This document shows, piece after piece, positions 8,081 through 17,619 of a DNA stretch of 31,439 nucleotides. Within the stretch, counting starts at the first letter, position 1; every line of letters starts with the position of its first letter. The DNA comes from an uncultured Thermococci archaeon (GTDB lineage: Archaea > Methanobacteriota_B > Thermococci > Thermococcales > Thermococcaceae): NCBI GenBank assembly GCA_964487115.1, contig CAZAPD010000066.1:1-31439 (forward strand), given 5' to 3'. The translations under genes and the position numbers were made by a program. The notes under the pieces are model-generated. The model saw only the letters and a list, made by a program, of their open reading frames with translations. It had not been told where the DNA came from and did no database searches.

Positions 8081-11000
8081 TCACCTCTCATGACGTCTGA
8101 ACATCTTTTCGTGCTCTTCGTCGCTCTTCTTTCTTGCCCTCTCAAGATATTCCATAGCCTTCTCAAGGCTGAGAGAAACCACTCTGGAAACTCCATTATA
8201 CATAGAAACGCCGATTATCTTTTCAGCATTAGCCATCATAACATCTCTAAGGGTTATTACTATGAACTGGCTGTGTTCTGAAGCCTCTTTAATAAGGTCA
8301 GCGACACGCTTGACGTTTGCATCATCAAGGTGTGCATCAATCTCATCGAAAAGGTAGAATGGGGCGGGTTTATACCTTTGTATTGCAAAAACGAATGCTA
8401 AAGCTGTCAGAGCCTTCTCACCGCCACTCATTGCCTCTATTCTCTTGACATCCTTTCCTGCTGGCTTGGCTTCGATCTCAAGGCCTCCAGCGAAGGGGTC
8501 ATCGGGATTTTCGAGAATTAAACGAGCACTTCCTCCCGGTGAGAGTTTAGCAAAGAGCTCTGAGAAGTTTTCGGCTATTGCTCTCAAGGTCTGCATGAAG
8601 ACGTTCTTCTTCTGGCTCTCTATTTCCTGTATGAACTCCACGATGCTGTCTTTTTCGGCTTCGAGCTGTTCTCTCTTGGATTTCAGCTCAAGATATCTGC
8701 GTTCAACGACTTCAAAGTCTTCTATGGCTTTCATATTCACAGGTTCGAGATCTTTTATCTCCTGCTCCATCCCTTCGATTTCCCTCTTCAGCTGTTTGAG
8801 GTCAAGAGGCACATCCTTCACCGATTTTATTAGCTTTGAATCATAGTGTTTGAGCTCGCTCCTCTTTTCTTCAAGCTGATTACTGAACTGAATTAGCTGT
8901 ATTTTGAGGGTGTTTGCCTCTATTCTTAGGTTCTGCACCTTGACTCCAAGCTGTTCTTTATTCTTCCTGAGCTCTTCAATCTCCTTTCTTAACTCTTCTC
9001 TCCTGTTTCTCAGCCCTTTAAGTTCCTCTTTTACCTCTTCTTCGAGATCTTCAAGCTTTTTAAGCTCTTCATTTAGTTTTTCAATTGCCTCTTCGTTTGT
9101 AGTTATATTCTTCCGGAGGGCATTTATCTTGTTTATAAGCCCTTCGATTTCCTCTTCAAGGTCTGCCTTTCTGGGAATCAGCTCTTCGGTTATTCTCGTA
9201 TCAAGACTCTCAAGTTTGGATTCAACTTTGCTGAGTTCCTCCCTCAGCTTACTTATCTCGTGTTCAACCTCCCTTATCTGCTGGTTGATTTCCCTTGCCT
9301 CTGGGTTGTCGAGGGCTTTTCTGAGCTTTTCTTTTTTCTTTTCCAGCCTCTGAATTTTTCCTGTTAGCTTTGCCAGTTCTCCTTTAGTATCGTTGATTTT
9401 TTTCTGAAGCGCTTCAATTCTCCTCTCACTTTCTTCAATATCCTCTTTTAAAGTCCGATCTTCGGTCAGAAGTCTATTCATCTCCCTCTGAAGGACTTGA
9501 ATATCCTTGTTTGTGTCACTCTTTTTCATTCTCAGCTCAAAGAGTTCCCTTTCAAGCCCTTTAAGCTCGATTTTTAAGGCGTTTATGCTGCTTTCCAAGG
9601 CCTCCTTATCTCTTTCCAGAACCTGAACGCGTTTTCTGAGTTCTTCGATGTTTATGGTGAGTCTCCCTCTTGGTTTATAATAGCCGCCTACTATAGCACC
9701 GCTCCTCTCAAGGAGTTCCCCGGTTAGCGTTACCATCCTGAGTTTTCCTATTCCTGCACTTCTGGCTTCGTCCATGTCCCTGACAACGAGGGTATCACCG
9801 AGAGCATAGGAAACAGCGTTTTTAAAGCGTGGATTGTATTCTACTAAGTCCATTGCGGGTATTCCGAAGGATGACCTCTCCCGCATGGAGCGGGGCTTTA
9901 TCTTGTTGAGGGGAAGGAAGGTCAGTCTTCCCAGCTTGCTCTTCTTCAGGAAATTAATCGCCTTTTCGGCAACCCTATCATCTTCAACTACAACATTATC
10001 TGCATGGGATCCGAGTGCAACATCAATGGCTGTGAAGTATTTCTCATCTCTAACTCTTATCAGCTCACCGAGAGAGCCATATACACCCTCAATATTGGCT
10101 CTTTTAATGGCTTCAATAGCTCTGTTACCCCTTGCTTCCTTCTGAGCCTCGGCTTTTATGAGCTCATTTTTGGCTTTTTCATACTGTCCAAGGATCTCCT
10201 GATATCTTTTATTCTTCTCTTCCAGCTCCTTTTCTGCCTTTCTCAATCTGCTCTCTGCCCTGTTCATTTTATTTTCAATCTCACCGAGCTCAGCTCTCTT
10301 CTCTCCTATGGCCTGCTGTGTATCCTTTATTTTTTCTCTGAGAGCTGTTCTCTTCGCATTGTTCTGGACTATCTTACCCTGCAGATTTTCAATTTCTTCA
10401 TTGAATCTGTTTATATCGCTCTCTTTCATATACATTTCTTTTTTGGCTTCCTCAAGCTCTTCTGTAACTTTATCAAATTCCTGCTTCGCTATGGAGAAGT
10501 TTTTGTCTATCTCGCCGAGCTTTATAACAAGCTCATTTCTCTCGACTTCCTTTTCTTCAATCTCTTTCAGGAGTTTTTCTTTTCTCTTCTTCCATCTTTC
10601 GATGGAATTTTTACTCTTATCGATCTCCGTTGAGACTTTCTTGAGATCTTCATTAGCCTTCGCCAGCCTTCTCTGGCTCTCCTCTATTTCCTTTTCTGCC
10701 AGTTCTATGTTCTTTTTGGCCATTTCTATCTTTGAGTGAACTTCGCTTATTTTCCTTGTAATGTCAAGGATGCCATCTTCACTCTTTTCCTCCAGTTCTC
10801 TCTCGATTTCTTCAAGTTCATTCTCCCTGACAATTATCTCCTTTGCGATTTCCTTCAATCTGCTCTCAATCTCCTCTATCTCTTTCTCCACCTGTTCATT
10901 CCTGAGTTTGCTCTCTTCAATTTCGCTTTCTAACCTTTTTATCTCCCCAACAAGTAGTGTTACTTTTGCCTTTTCCAGCTTCTCTTTCAGATCGAGGTAC

Positions 11001-11647
11001 CTCAGCGCATCGTTTCTCTCTTTCTCCAGCTTGTCCAGTTGTTTTTTCACTTCATTTATGAGCAGGTCCACCCTTGCTAAGTTCTCTTCAGCCTGTTTAA
11101 GCTCTTCTAACGCCTTTGCTTTTTTGGAGTCATATTCTGCTATACCCGAAATCTCATCTATGATTAAACGCCTCTCAAGCGGACTCATTTTGATGAATTT
11201 GGTTATATCGCCTTGGAGAACGAGGTTGTAACCCTCAGGAGAGATCATGGCAGCGCTCAGGATATCAAGGATATCACTTCTACTCGTTCTCTTCCCGTTC
11301 AACCAGTAAGTACTTCTCCCATCGGGATAAACCCTTCTCTTAATGACAACTTCATCTTCATCTATAGGAAAGCCCCTATCCTCATTGTTGAAATGCATAG
11401 CGACCTCAGCATACTTTGCCGGGCTTTCGGATTTAGTTCCGGCAAATATCAGGTCACTTATCCTTGTAGCCCTCATAGCTTTAGCTGATAAACCGCCGAG
11501 AACAAAGAGAACAGCATCGCCTATGTTGCTTTTACCGCTCCCATTGGCGCCAACAATCGCTGTGAATCCCTTAGAAAATGGGACAACAACTTTTCTGTTA
11601 CCATATGATTTGAAACCCTTCATTTCGAGCTTCTCGATGTATGGCAT
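8081..11647 (-). CDS. smc: Chromosome segregation protein SMC
   Basis: GFKSY, Walker A GANGSGKS, coiled coils, hinge (GRLTFLPL, G..GG), signature MSGGEK, Walker B FDEIDAHLD. Confidence 0.98.
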   Translation of the reverse strand: MPYIEKLEMKGFKSYGNRKVVVPFSKGFTAIVGANGSGKSNIGDAVLFVLGGLSAKAMRATRISDLIFAGTKSESPAKYAEVAMHFNNEDRGFPIDEDEVVIKRRVYPDGRSTYWLNGKRTSRSDILDILSAAMISPEGYNLVLQGDITKFIKMSPLERRLIIDEISGIAEYDSKKAKALEELKQAEENLARVDLLINEVKKQLDKLEKERNDALRYLDLKEKLEKAKVTLLVGEIKRLESEIEESKLRNEQVEKEIEEIESRLKEIAKEIIVRENELEEIERELEEKSEDGILDITRKISEVHSKIEMAKKNIELAEKEIEESQRRLAKANEDLKKVSTEIDKSKNSIERWKKRKEKLLKEIEEKEVERNELVIKLGEIDKNFSIAKQEFDKVTEELEEAKKEMYMKESDINRFNEEIENLQGKIVQNNAKRTALREKIKDTQQAIGEKRAELGEIENKMNRAESRLRKAEKELEEKNKRYQEILGQYEKAKNELIKAEAQKEARGNRAIEAIKRANIEGVYGSLGELIRVRDEKYFTAIDVALGSHADNVVVEDDRVAEKAINFLKKSKLGRLTFLPLNKIKPRSMRERSSFGIPAMDLVEYNPRFKNAVSYALGDTLVVRDMDEARSAGIGKLRMVTLTGELLERSGAIVGGYYKPRGRLTINIEELRKRVQVLERDKEALESSINALKIELKGLERELFELRMKKSDTNKDIQVLQREMNRLLTEDRTLKEDIEESERRIEALQKKINDTKGELAKLTGKIQRLEKKKEKLRKALDNPEAREINQQIREVEHEISKLREELSKVESKLESLDTRITEELIPRKADLEEEIEGLINKINALRKNITTNEEAIEKLNEELKKLEDLEEEVKEELKGLRNRREELRKEIEELRKNKEQLGVKVQNLRIEANTLKIQLIQFSNQLEEKRSELKHYDSKLIKSVKDVPLDLKQLKREIEGMEQEIKDLEPVNMKAIEDFEVVERRYLELKSKREQLEAEKDSIVEFIQEIESQKKNVFMQTLRAIAENFSELFAKLSPGGSARLILENPDDPFAGGLEIEAKPAGKDVKRIEAMSGGEKALTALAFVFAIQRYKPAPFYLFDEIDAHLDDANVKRVADLIKEASEHSQFIVITLRDVMMANAEKIIGVSMYNGVSRVVSLSLEKAMEYLERARKKSDEEHEKMFRRHER

Positions 11648-11697
11648 CTTATACACCTAAGTTTAAGAATTGCATTGATAGTTATATAACTTTACCC

Positions 11698-12123
11698 TTA
11701 TTCGACTATTCGCCTGATCAGAGCCTTGGTCTTTTCATCGATACCATCACTCACACTCACATAGAAATTGGAGCTGGTTAGAATTGCCATGTCCCTGAGC
11801 TTTCCCACAAATCTCAGAGTGGACATAACCCCATGTTCAATCATGAGATATTCCAAAGCGTCGAGGATTATATCAGAGTGCTGTTGTCTGGCGTGCTCTA
11901 AAATTAAATTCTCGATTATATATAACTGGGATGGATGTACTGCCAGAGGATGTTCTAATTTGCTTATCCATATTGGATGAACATTTTGGTTTTTTATGCG
12001 TTCAGGATGTGTCCGTGTTATTAAAATTTTAATCCGGTATGTGTCCTTGTTGAGTATTTTCTCTACGTCTCTATAGTCTATTACTTGCAGGTCAATGTTA
12101 CGCTTATGAAAAATTTTTAGCAT
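11698..12123 (-). CDS. DUF835 domain protein
   Basis: LITR...WISK...VHP and ILDALEYLMIEHG...LRFVGKLRD patterns. Confidence 0.8.
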   Translation of the reverse strand: MLKIFHKRNIDLQVIDYRDVEKILNKDTYRIKILITRTHPERIKNQNVHPIWISKLEHPLAVHPSQLYIIENLILEHARQQHSDIILDALEYLMIEHGVMSTLRFVGKLRDMAILTSSNFYVSVSDGIDEKTKALIRRIVE

Positions 12124-12249
12124 ACATTCTCACCTTGTTATGAAATAGTCAGTCCGGCATTTTATAAGTTTTACTAAATGAACTTGCATTATGTAAAACA
12201 TGTCACAACATGTTATAGCAACAAAAAAGATTAAAAATAAGAGAACAGA

Positions 12250-12651
12250 TCACTCCTCTCTTTCACAGAGTTCGAGAAGAATTCCACCTGTACTCTTCGG
12301 GTGTACAAAAGTTATCCTTGCCCCTCCAGCACCTTCCTTTGGTTCTTCATAAATCAGACGATATCCTTTTTCCTTGAGATCTCTCATATGCTCTTCGATG
12401 TTCTCAACCCCTAATGCAATGTGGTGGATTCCTTCCCCTCTCTTAGCGATAAATTTGGCTATTGCTGAGTTCTCATCTGTGGGTTCGAGAAGCTCAATTC
12501 TGCTTTCTCCAACATGTAGGATTGCTGCCCTGATCTTTTCTCTTGGCACTTCCTCTATCTCATCAACCTTGAGGCCGAGGCCTTCCCATATCTTTATGGC
12601 ATCATCCAAATTCTTAACGGCTATTCCTATATGGTCTATTTTCTTTATCAT
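12250..12651 (-). CDS. mce: Methylmalonyl-CoA epimerase
   Basis: VOC fold: [36 protein letters not shown]; operon context. Confidence 0.93.
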   Translation of the reverse strand: MIKKIDHIGIAVKNLDDAIKIWEGLGLKVDEIEEVPREKIRAAILHVGESRIELLEPTDENSAIAKFIAKRGEGIHHIALGVENIEEHMRDLKEKGYRLIYEEPKEGAGGARITFVHPKSTGGILLELCEREE

Positions 12652-13613
12652 ACCTTCACCCCCAAGCTTTTTTCCAAAACAACCTCAGCGGCAGAGTAGG
12701 GATCAAGTTCTCTACTGAGGATTCTATCTATGAGATACATTAGTTCATCTTCTCGCATCTTTTCTCCGATTCTCTTTGCTATCATACTTGACACAATTGT
12801 TTTAACCTCCTCTTCCGCTCTGAACTTCCTTTTTCGTTTAATTTCACCGCTTTCTTCAAGGAATTTCTTGTGTCTTTTAATGGAATTCCACAATTCTTGG
12901 ATTCCTTTTGTTGATGTTGCGATTGTTTTTATTATTGGTGGTCTCCAGCCACGCTTAGTCCATTTTTCCTTCTCAAGATCGAGCATCATTTCAAGTTCAA
13001 AAACTGTCGCATCTACTCCCTCTTTGTCGGCTTTATTGACAACAAAAATGTCAGCAATCTCCATCAGTCCAGCTTTTATGGCCTGTATATCATCCCCAAG
13101 CCCCGGAACTGTGGTTAAAACGACAGTGTCAGCTGTTTTTACTATATCGACTTCTATCTGACCGACACCTACGGTTTCCACAAAAATTACATCGCAACCA
13201 AATGCATCGAGAACTTTTATTGCATCATTGGTGGCTTTCGCCAAGCCTCCGAGACTTCCACGGGTCGCCATGCTTCGTATAAAAACTCCCGGATCTGTTG
13301 AATGTCTCTGCATTCTTATTCTATCACCTAACAAAGCCCCACCGGTGAATGGGGATGTTGGATCTATTGCGATAACCCCGACGATTTTGCTCTCTTCTCT
13401 CGCCACCTTTATCAGTTTGTCCAGAAGTGTGGATTTTCCAGAACCCGGGGGGCCTGTTATTCCAATGACATGAGCGTTTCCGGTGTATCTATAGATTTTC
13501 TTAACTATCTTCCGGGCATTCTCATCATCGTTTTCCACAAGGGTTATGAGTCTTGCTGCGGCTCTCTTATCCCCTCTGAGCATTCTGCTAATTAGATCCT
13601 CTATCATTATCAT
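12648..13613 (-). CDS. meaB: Methylmalonyl-CoA mutase-associated GTPase MeaB
   Basis: [34 protein letters not shown]. Start moved to ATG 13613 (or 13607) because the ORF track start overlaps the upstream gene. Confidence 0.93.
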   Translation of the reverse strand: MIMIEDLISRMLRGDKRAAARLITLVENDDENARKIVKKIYRYTGNAHVIGITGPPGSGKSTLLDKLIKVAREESKIVGVIAIDPTSPFTGGALLGDRIRMQRHSTDPGVFIRSMATRGSLGGLAKATNDAIKVLDAFGCDVIFVETVGVGQIEVDIVKTADTVVLTTVPGLGDDIQAIKAGLMEIADIFVVNKADKEGVDATVFELEMMLDLEKEKWTKRGWRPPIIKTIATSTKGIQELWNSIKRHKKFLEESGEIKRKRKFRAEEEVKTIVSSMIAKRIGEKMREDELMYLIDRILSRELDPYSAAEVVLEKSLGVKV

Positions 13614-13650
13614 CACTTTGGCTAAATTATCCATAAAAGAATATAAAACT

Positions 13651-14079
13651 TTAGGCTGAGAACTTTCTGAGCTTTGTGATGTTTTCATCGATGAAGGTGA
13701 TTATATCCTCTATCGGGCTTCCCGGCCCAAAAACTTTTGCAACACCAATTTTTTCAAGCTCCTGAGCATCGTCTGGTGGTATAATGCCGCCTGCAATCAC
13801 GAGGACATCTTTATTTGGCTTAAGTCCTTTTTCCTCAAGAAGTTTGAGAATCTTTGGGATGAGAACCATATGAGCGCCTGAGAGTATGCTTATTCCGAGA
13901 ACATCGGCATCTTCCTGAATAACGCTTTCAACAATCTGTTCAGGAGTTTGTCTTATTCCTGTGTATATAACTTCAAATCCTGCATCCCTCAGAGCCCTTG
14001 CTATGACTTTAGCGCCTCTATCATGTCCGTCAAGACCGGGCTTGGCGACTATAATCCTAACTTTTGAGCGCTCAACCAT
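13651..14079 (-). CDS. Methylmalonyl-CoA mutase cobalamin-binding (small) subunit
   Basis: AKPGLDGHDRGAK (DxHxxG), SILSGAH, GGIIP. GGTGG RBS precedes ATG 14079. Confidence 0.94.
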   Translation of the reverse strand: MVERSKVRIIVAKPGLDGHDRGAKVIARALRDAGFEVIYTGIRQTPEQIVESVIQEDADVLGISILSGAHMVLIPKILKLLEEKGLKPNKDVLVIAGGIIPPDDAQELEKIGVAKVFGPGSPIEDIITFIDENITKLRKFSA

Positions 14080-14205
14080 TTCCACCACCAGAAAGATTTT
14101 TGTTCTGTGAGGTATTTAAAGGTTGTCAAAAATCAAGTCTATCTTTTACAATGGATTTTTTATCCAAGCCAAGGATTTTTAAGCCTTTTCGTCAATCCTC
14201 TAACC

Positions 14206-14856
14206 ATGATGGATCTGCACACTCATACAGTATTTTCTGATGGAGTTGGAGAAATATCTGACAACATCGCCAGAGCAGAACAGAGGATGCTTAAACTGAT
14301 TGGTATAAGTGACCATATGCACTACTTCACTCCTAAAACGTTCAATAGCTATGTGTTTCAAATTAAGCGTTTTAAAAAGGAGAGCGAAGTAAAAGTCTTA
14401 GCAGGAATAGAGGCAAATATCTTCCCCGGCGGTGTGGATATTACAGATAACATGGCTGATAAGCTTGATTATGTGATAGCATCTGCTCATGTATGGTTAG
14501 AACCCGGGAGAGCCGAGGTATATCTTGATCTGATAAAAACTGCCCTTCGGGACGAAAATGTCGATGTAATTGGTCATTTCGGCAATCTATTTCCACATAT
14601 TGGTTATCCAAAAGAAGAGGAGCTTATAGAAATCATAGAACTTGCGGAAGCAAATGGCAAAGCCTTTGAAATAAGCTCTCGATACAAAGTTCCTGAGCTG
14701 GGTTTCGTCAGGGCATGTATTCAGAGAGGAGTAAAGCTAACCCTCGGGAGTGATGCACACATGCCGGAGGATGTTGGGAGGGTAGGATGGGCTCTGAAGC
14801 TCTTCCGAAAAGCAGGGGGGAAGGATGAAGACCTGCTGTTTTCTGAGCTATTATAA
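14206..14856 (+). CDS. PHP domain phosphoesterase
   Basis: DLHTHT, ISDH, GIEAN, IGH, GSDAH. TTTTTAAG about 25 nt upstream of ATG 14206 suggests a leaderless start. Confidence 0.9.
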   Translation: MMDLHTHTVFSDGVGEISDNIARAEQRMLKLIGISDHMHYFTPKTFNSYVFQIKRFKKESEVKVLAGIEANIFPGGVDITDNMADKLDYVIASAHVWLEPGRAEVYLDLIKTALRDENVDVIGHFGNLFPHIGYPKEEELIEIIELAEANGKAFEISSRYKVPELGFVRACIQRGVKLTLGSDAHMPEDVGRVGWALKLFRKAGGKDEDLLFSELL

Positions 14857-15405
14857 AACCTCGAACCCAAGCTCTTTCAGCTTGATAACTATCTCAATTG
14901 GAAAACCTATGACATTGTAAAAGTCTCCTCTAATCCACTCCACGAAAAGGGCTCCTTTCCCCTGTATTCCATAGGCTCCTGCCTTGTCCATCGGCTCTCC
15001 TGTCTTTATATATGCAAGAATCTCACCGTCGCTCAGCTCTCGGAACTTTACCTGCGTGGTAACTGCACCACAGAGTTCTTTTCCCTCGTGAATTATGCAG
15101 TATCCCGTTGTAACGAGATGCGCCCTTCCGCTTAGGCGCTTCAGCATTTCATAGGCCTCTTTCTCGTCTTTTGGTTTTCCAAGGATTTTTCTGTCAGCTG
15201 AAACAACTGTATCCGCTCCTACTACAGTCCCTCCTGTTCTTGAGAATACTTCCTTCGCTTTTCTTCTCGCAATCTCAAGGACAAAAGCTTTGGGATCATT
15301 GAGGTCACAATTTTCATCAGCCCTGCTCGGTACTACCCTGAACTCCCGAATGAATCTGGCGAGTATCTCACGTCTTCTTGGTGAAGCAGATGCCAGAACC
15401 AGCAT
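14851..15405 (-). CDS. maf: Maf family nucleoside triphosphate pyrophosphatase
   Basis: LASASPRR, GADTVV, LGKP, DKAGAYGIQG. Confidence 0.94.
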   Translation of the reverse strand: MLVLASASPRRREILARFIREFRVVPSRADENCDLNDPKAFVLEIARRKAKEVFSRTGGTVVGADTVVSADRKILGKPKDEKEAYEMLKRLSGRAHLVTTGYCIIHEGKELCGAVTTQVKFRELSDGEILAYIKTGEPMDKAGAYGIQGKGALFVEWIRGDFYNVIGFPIEIVIKLKELGFEVL

Positions 15406-15453
15406 AGTATCTTCTACTGAAAAGAGTTAAAAAATCTTGCGAGAACTTAACCC

Positions 15454-15509
15454 GGCGATGACGATAATTTCGCTAGCTGAGGTGTGATGATTACCCTCGC
15501 AGCTGAGCC
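15454..15509 (+). ncRNA. Archaeal C/D box 2'-O-methylation guide sRNA
   Basis: Box C ATGACGA (15458-64), 12-nt guide, D' CTGA (15477-80), C' TGATGA (15485-90), 12-nt guide, D CTGA (15503-06). Terminal GGC/GCC stem, T run downstream, TATA-like GTTAAAAA about 25 nt upstream. Confidence 0.88.
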
Positions 15510-15703
15510 TTTATTATGCATCCTTTGGAAATATCGGTATTTATCTCCCGACCTTTTAAGGATTCAATTTCGCTACCCAGGAATTCGAGTCTCCCGTTGA
15601 ACTCGATGGTGCTTAAAATAGCACCGAGTGTTTCAAGAGGGTCGTGCCTCTCTTCTATTTTTACTACTGTATAAAAGAAGAAAGTGAATTATAAAAAGTT
15701 TTC

Positions 15704-17512
15704 TCAGAGGGTTGCCCACACCTCTATTCCTGCCTCAAAGAGTCTCTTCAGCTCTCTTCCAATTGGTGTGTTTTTGCTAACTTTGATTATGCCTTTTTTA
15801 TTTGGTGTCGCTGTGAAGACGTACTGCTCTCCGCCGTAGAACTTGAGAGGTTTTTTGGCATAATCAGGTGAAACCCTCAGGACCATCGTTTTCTTTTTCT
15901 CTTCAACCTCCACAGGGATTCTCTCCTTTGGTTTCTCCGCTTCTCTCTCAGTGAAGCTCTTGACGTCGATGCTTATCCCCACTTTCTTTTCTATCTCCGT
16001 TATTCTCTTGCCTTTCTTTCCGATTATGGCAGGAATGTCGAATTCATCGGCATAGATAACGGCTCTGTGGGGACTAACTATCTCCACTTCTGCATAAACA
16101 TCAGGCAGAAACTTCTTTATCTCCTGTTTAAGCCTTTTCTCGGCCAGTTTTAGTGCAGGGGACTTTTCCTTTTTCTTCACAGGAACGACGCTTATTTCCT
16201 CACCGTAGGTGTATATCTCGTATTCAAGTTCTCCTGTTTCAAAGTCCCTGACTTCAATGACAGGCCTTGCTAAATCCTCCTCCCTCATTCCGCTTGGCAC
16301 TTTAACCATATACTCAAGTGTCAGAACTTTGGCAACTCTTCCAGCCTTTATGAATATTACAGTGTCGACAATCTGAGGAATTACTCCAAGTTCTACCCTA
16401 CCTATGAACCTCTGAACTGCATCAATGGGCTTTGTGGCATGGACGACACCAACCATGCCGACTCCTGCGAGCCTTAAATCGGCGTATATTTTAAAGTCAC
16501 TCGTCTTTCTCATCTCGTCAAATATTGTGTAATCCGGTCTTACGAGAAGGAGTATGTCACCTGTCTTCTCCATCCTGCCGCTCAGTGCAGTATACTGTGT
16601 AATCTCCTCTCCAACCTGCAGATCACGCGGCTTTTCCATGGTCTTAACTATTTTACCCATTGAGGCATACCACTCGGCCAGTGCTTGGCCGAAGGTTGTC
16701 TTGCCTTCTCCGGGAGCTCCAGCTATGAGGATACCCTGAGCCCTGTCTTTGAGCCTTTCAAGGAGCTTCTCGGGAAGAGCATAGTCTTCGAGGCTGAGCT
16801 TTGTAATCGGTCTGACTGCGGTTATTTCGATTCTATCGGCAAAAGGTGGCTTGGCTATGACTATACGGTAGTTTCTAAGCTGTACAACTGTTGCACCCGG
16901 TTCATCAAGTTCTATGAAGCTTTCAGGGTCGCGTTTGGCCCTTTCCACTATATCATCGGCTATCTCCTCAAGCTCTTTATCCGTGAGGACGTCATTACTT
17001 ATTGGGACTAACCTCCATTCTCCTGGTTTTCCCTTTTTTGCCAGAGGAAGTATCCCAGCCTTCAAGTGGACACTCATGGTTGTTTCATCAAAAAAGTCCT
17101 CTAAACGATGCTTCACTTCCTTTTTTGCCTCCAGATAAATAACATCTATTCCCTTTGCTATTGCCACATCCCTCTGTATCCGGTCTCCTGTAATGAGGGT
17201 GGCATTCGTTTCCTTCGCAATTTCCCGAATAATGCTGTCTATCTCACCAGCTTTAGCTCTACTAATCTGCCAGAGCTCTGGTCTCTCTCCATAAAACTCA
17301 AGAAGGATTTCACTTCTATCTGCCATTTGTCTGAGTTTTTTAAGCTCCTCTAATCCGACATGCCCGATGGCCTTTCCTTCATTTGCCTGATGTTCGATTT
17401 CGGCAACAACAGCCTCGGGTATTATCAGCTTGATTTTTTCCTCAATCCCAGTGAGAAACTGGGTTAAGCGTCCATCGACAATAACACTGGTATCAGCAAC
17501 AAATACTCTCAT
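15704..17512 (-). CDS. PINA-type ATPase (PIN domain, P-loop ATPase, KH domain)
   Basis: PIN VADTSVIVDG; Walker A GAPGEGKTT; RPDYTIFDEMR; KH IIGKKGKRI. GAGGTGAG RBS before ATG 17512. Confidence 0.92.
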   Translation of the reverse strand: MRVFVADTSVIVDGRLTQFLTGIEEKIKLIIPEAVVAEIEHQANEGKAIGHVGLEELKKLRQMADRSEILLEFYGERPELWQISRAKAGEIDSIIREIAKETNATLITGDRIQRDVAIAKGIDVIYLEAKKEVKHRLEDFFDETTMSVHLKAGILPLAKKGKPGEWRLVPISNDVLTDKELEEIADDIVERAKRDPESFIELDEPGATVVQLRNYRIVIAKPPFADRIEITAVRPITKLSLEDYALPEKLLERLKDRAQGILIAGAPGEGKTTFGQALAEWYASMGKIVKTMEKPRDLQVGEEITQYTALSGRMEKTGDILLLVRPDYTIFDEMRKTSDFKIYADLRLAGVGMVGVVHATKPIDAVQRFIGRVELGVIPQIVDTVIFIKAGRVAKVLTLEYMVKVPSGMREEDLARPVIEVRDFETGELEYEIYTYGEEISVVPVKKKEKSPALKLAEKRLKQEIKKFLPDVYAEVEIVSPHRAVIYADEFDIPAIIGKKGKRITEIEKKVGISIDVKSFTEREAEKPKERIPVEVEEKKKTMVLRVSPDYAKKPLKFYGGEQYVFTATPNKKGIIKVSKNTPIGRELKRLFEAGIEVWATL

Positions 17513-17619
17513 TTTTCTCACCTCTTTATCTCAGAAACTCCCTCACACTATTTTCTGTTTATAAGCTTTTGGTAAAGGTTCATAAAGGTTTAGATATCAG
17601 TACTTAATTAGGTGGGAAT

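Noticed and set aside
4666..11647. Inteins in hef or smc
   Set aside because: Both have normal lengths and uninterrupted motifs, with no intein signature seen.
8090..11660. Many long plus-strand Ser/Phe/Leu-rich ORFs opposite smc, with similar shadows opposite egsA, meaB, PINA, serS and moeA
   Set aside because: They are antisense shadows of Glu/Lys-rich coding sequence, with no motifs or RBS.
12250..14079. Methylmalonyl-CoA module lacking the large mutase subunit
   Set aside because: Split mutases with separately encoded large subunits are normal in Thermococcales.
15608..15630. TTAAAATA and GCACCGAGT resemble pieces of a Cas9 tracrRNA
   Set aside because: The matches are short with the wrong spacing, and there are no cas genes or CRISPR repeats nearby, so this is probably chance.
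15704..17512. PIN domain gene as a VapC toxin
   Set aside because: It is fused to ATPase and KH domains as in the conserved PINA family, and has no upstream antitoxin.
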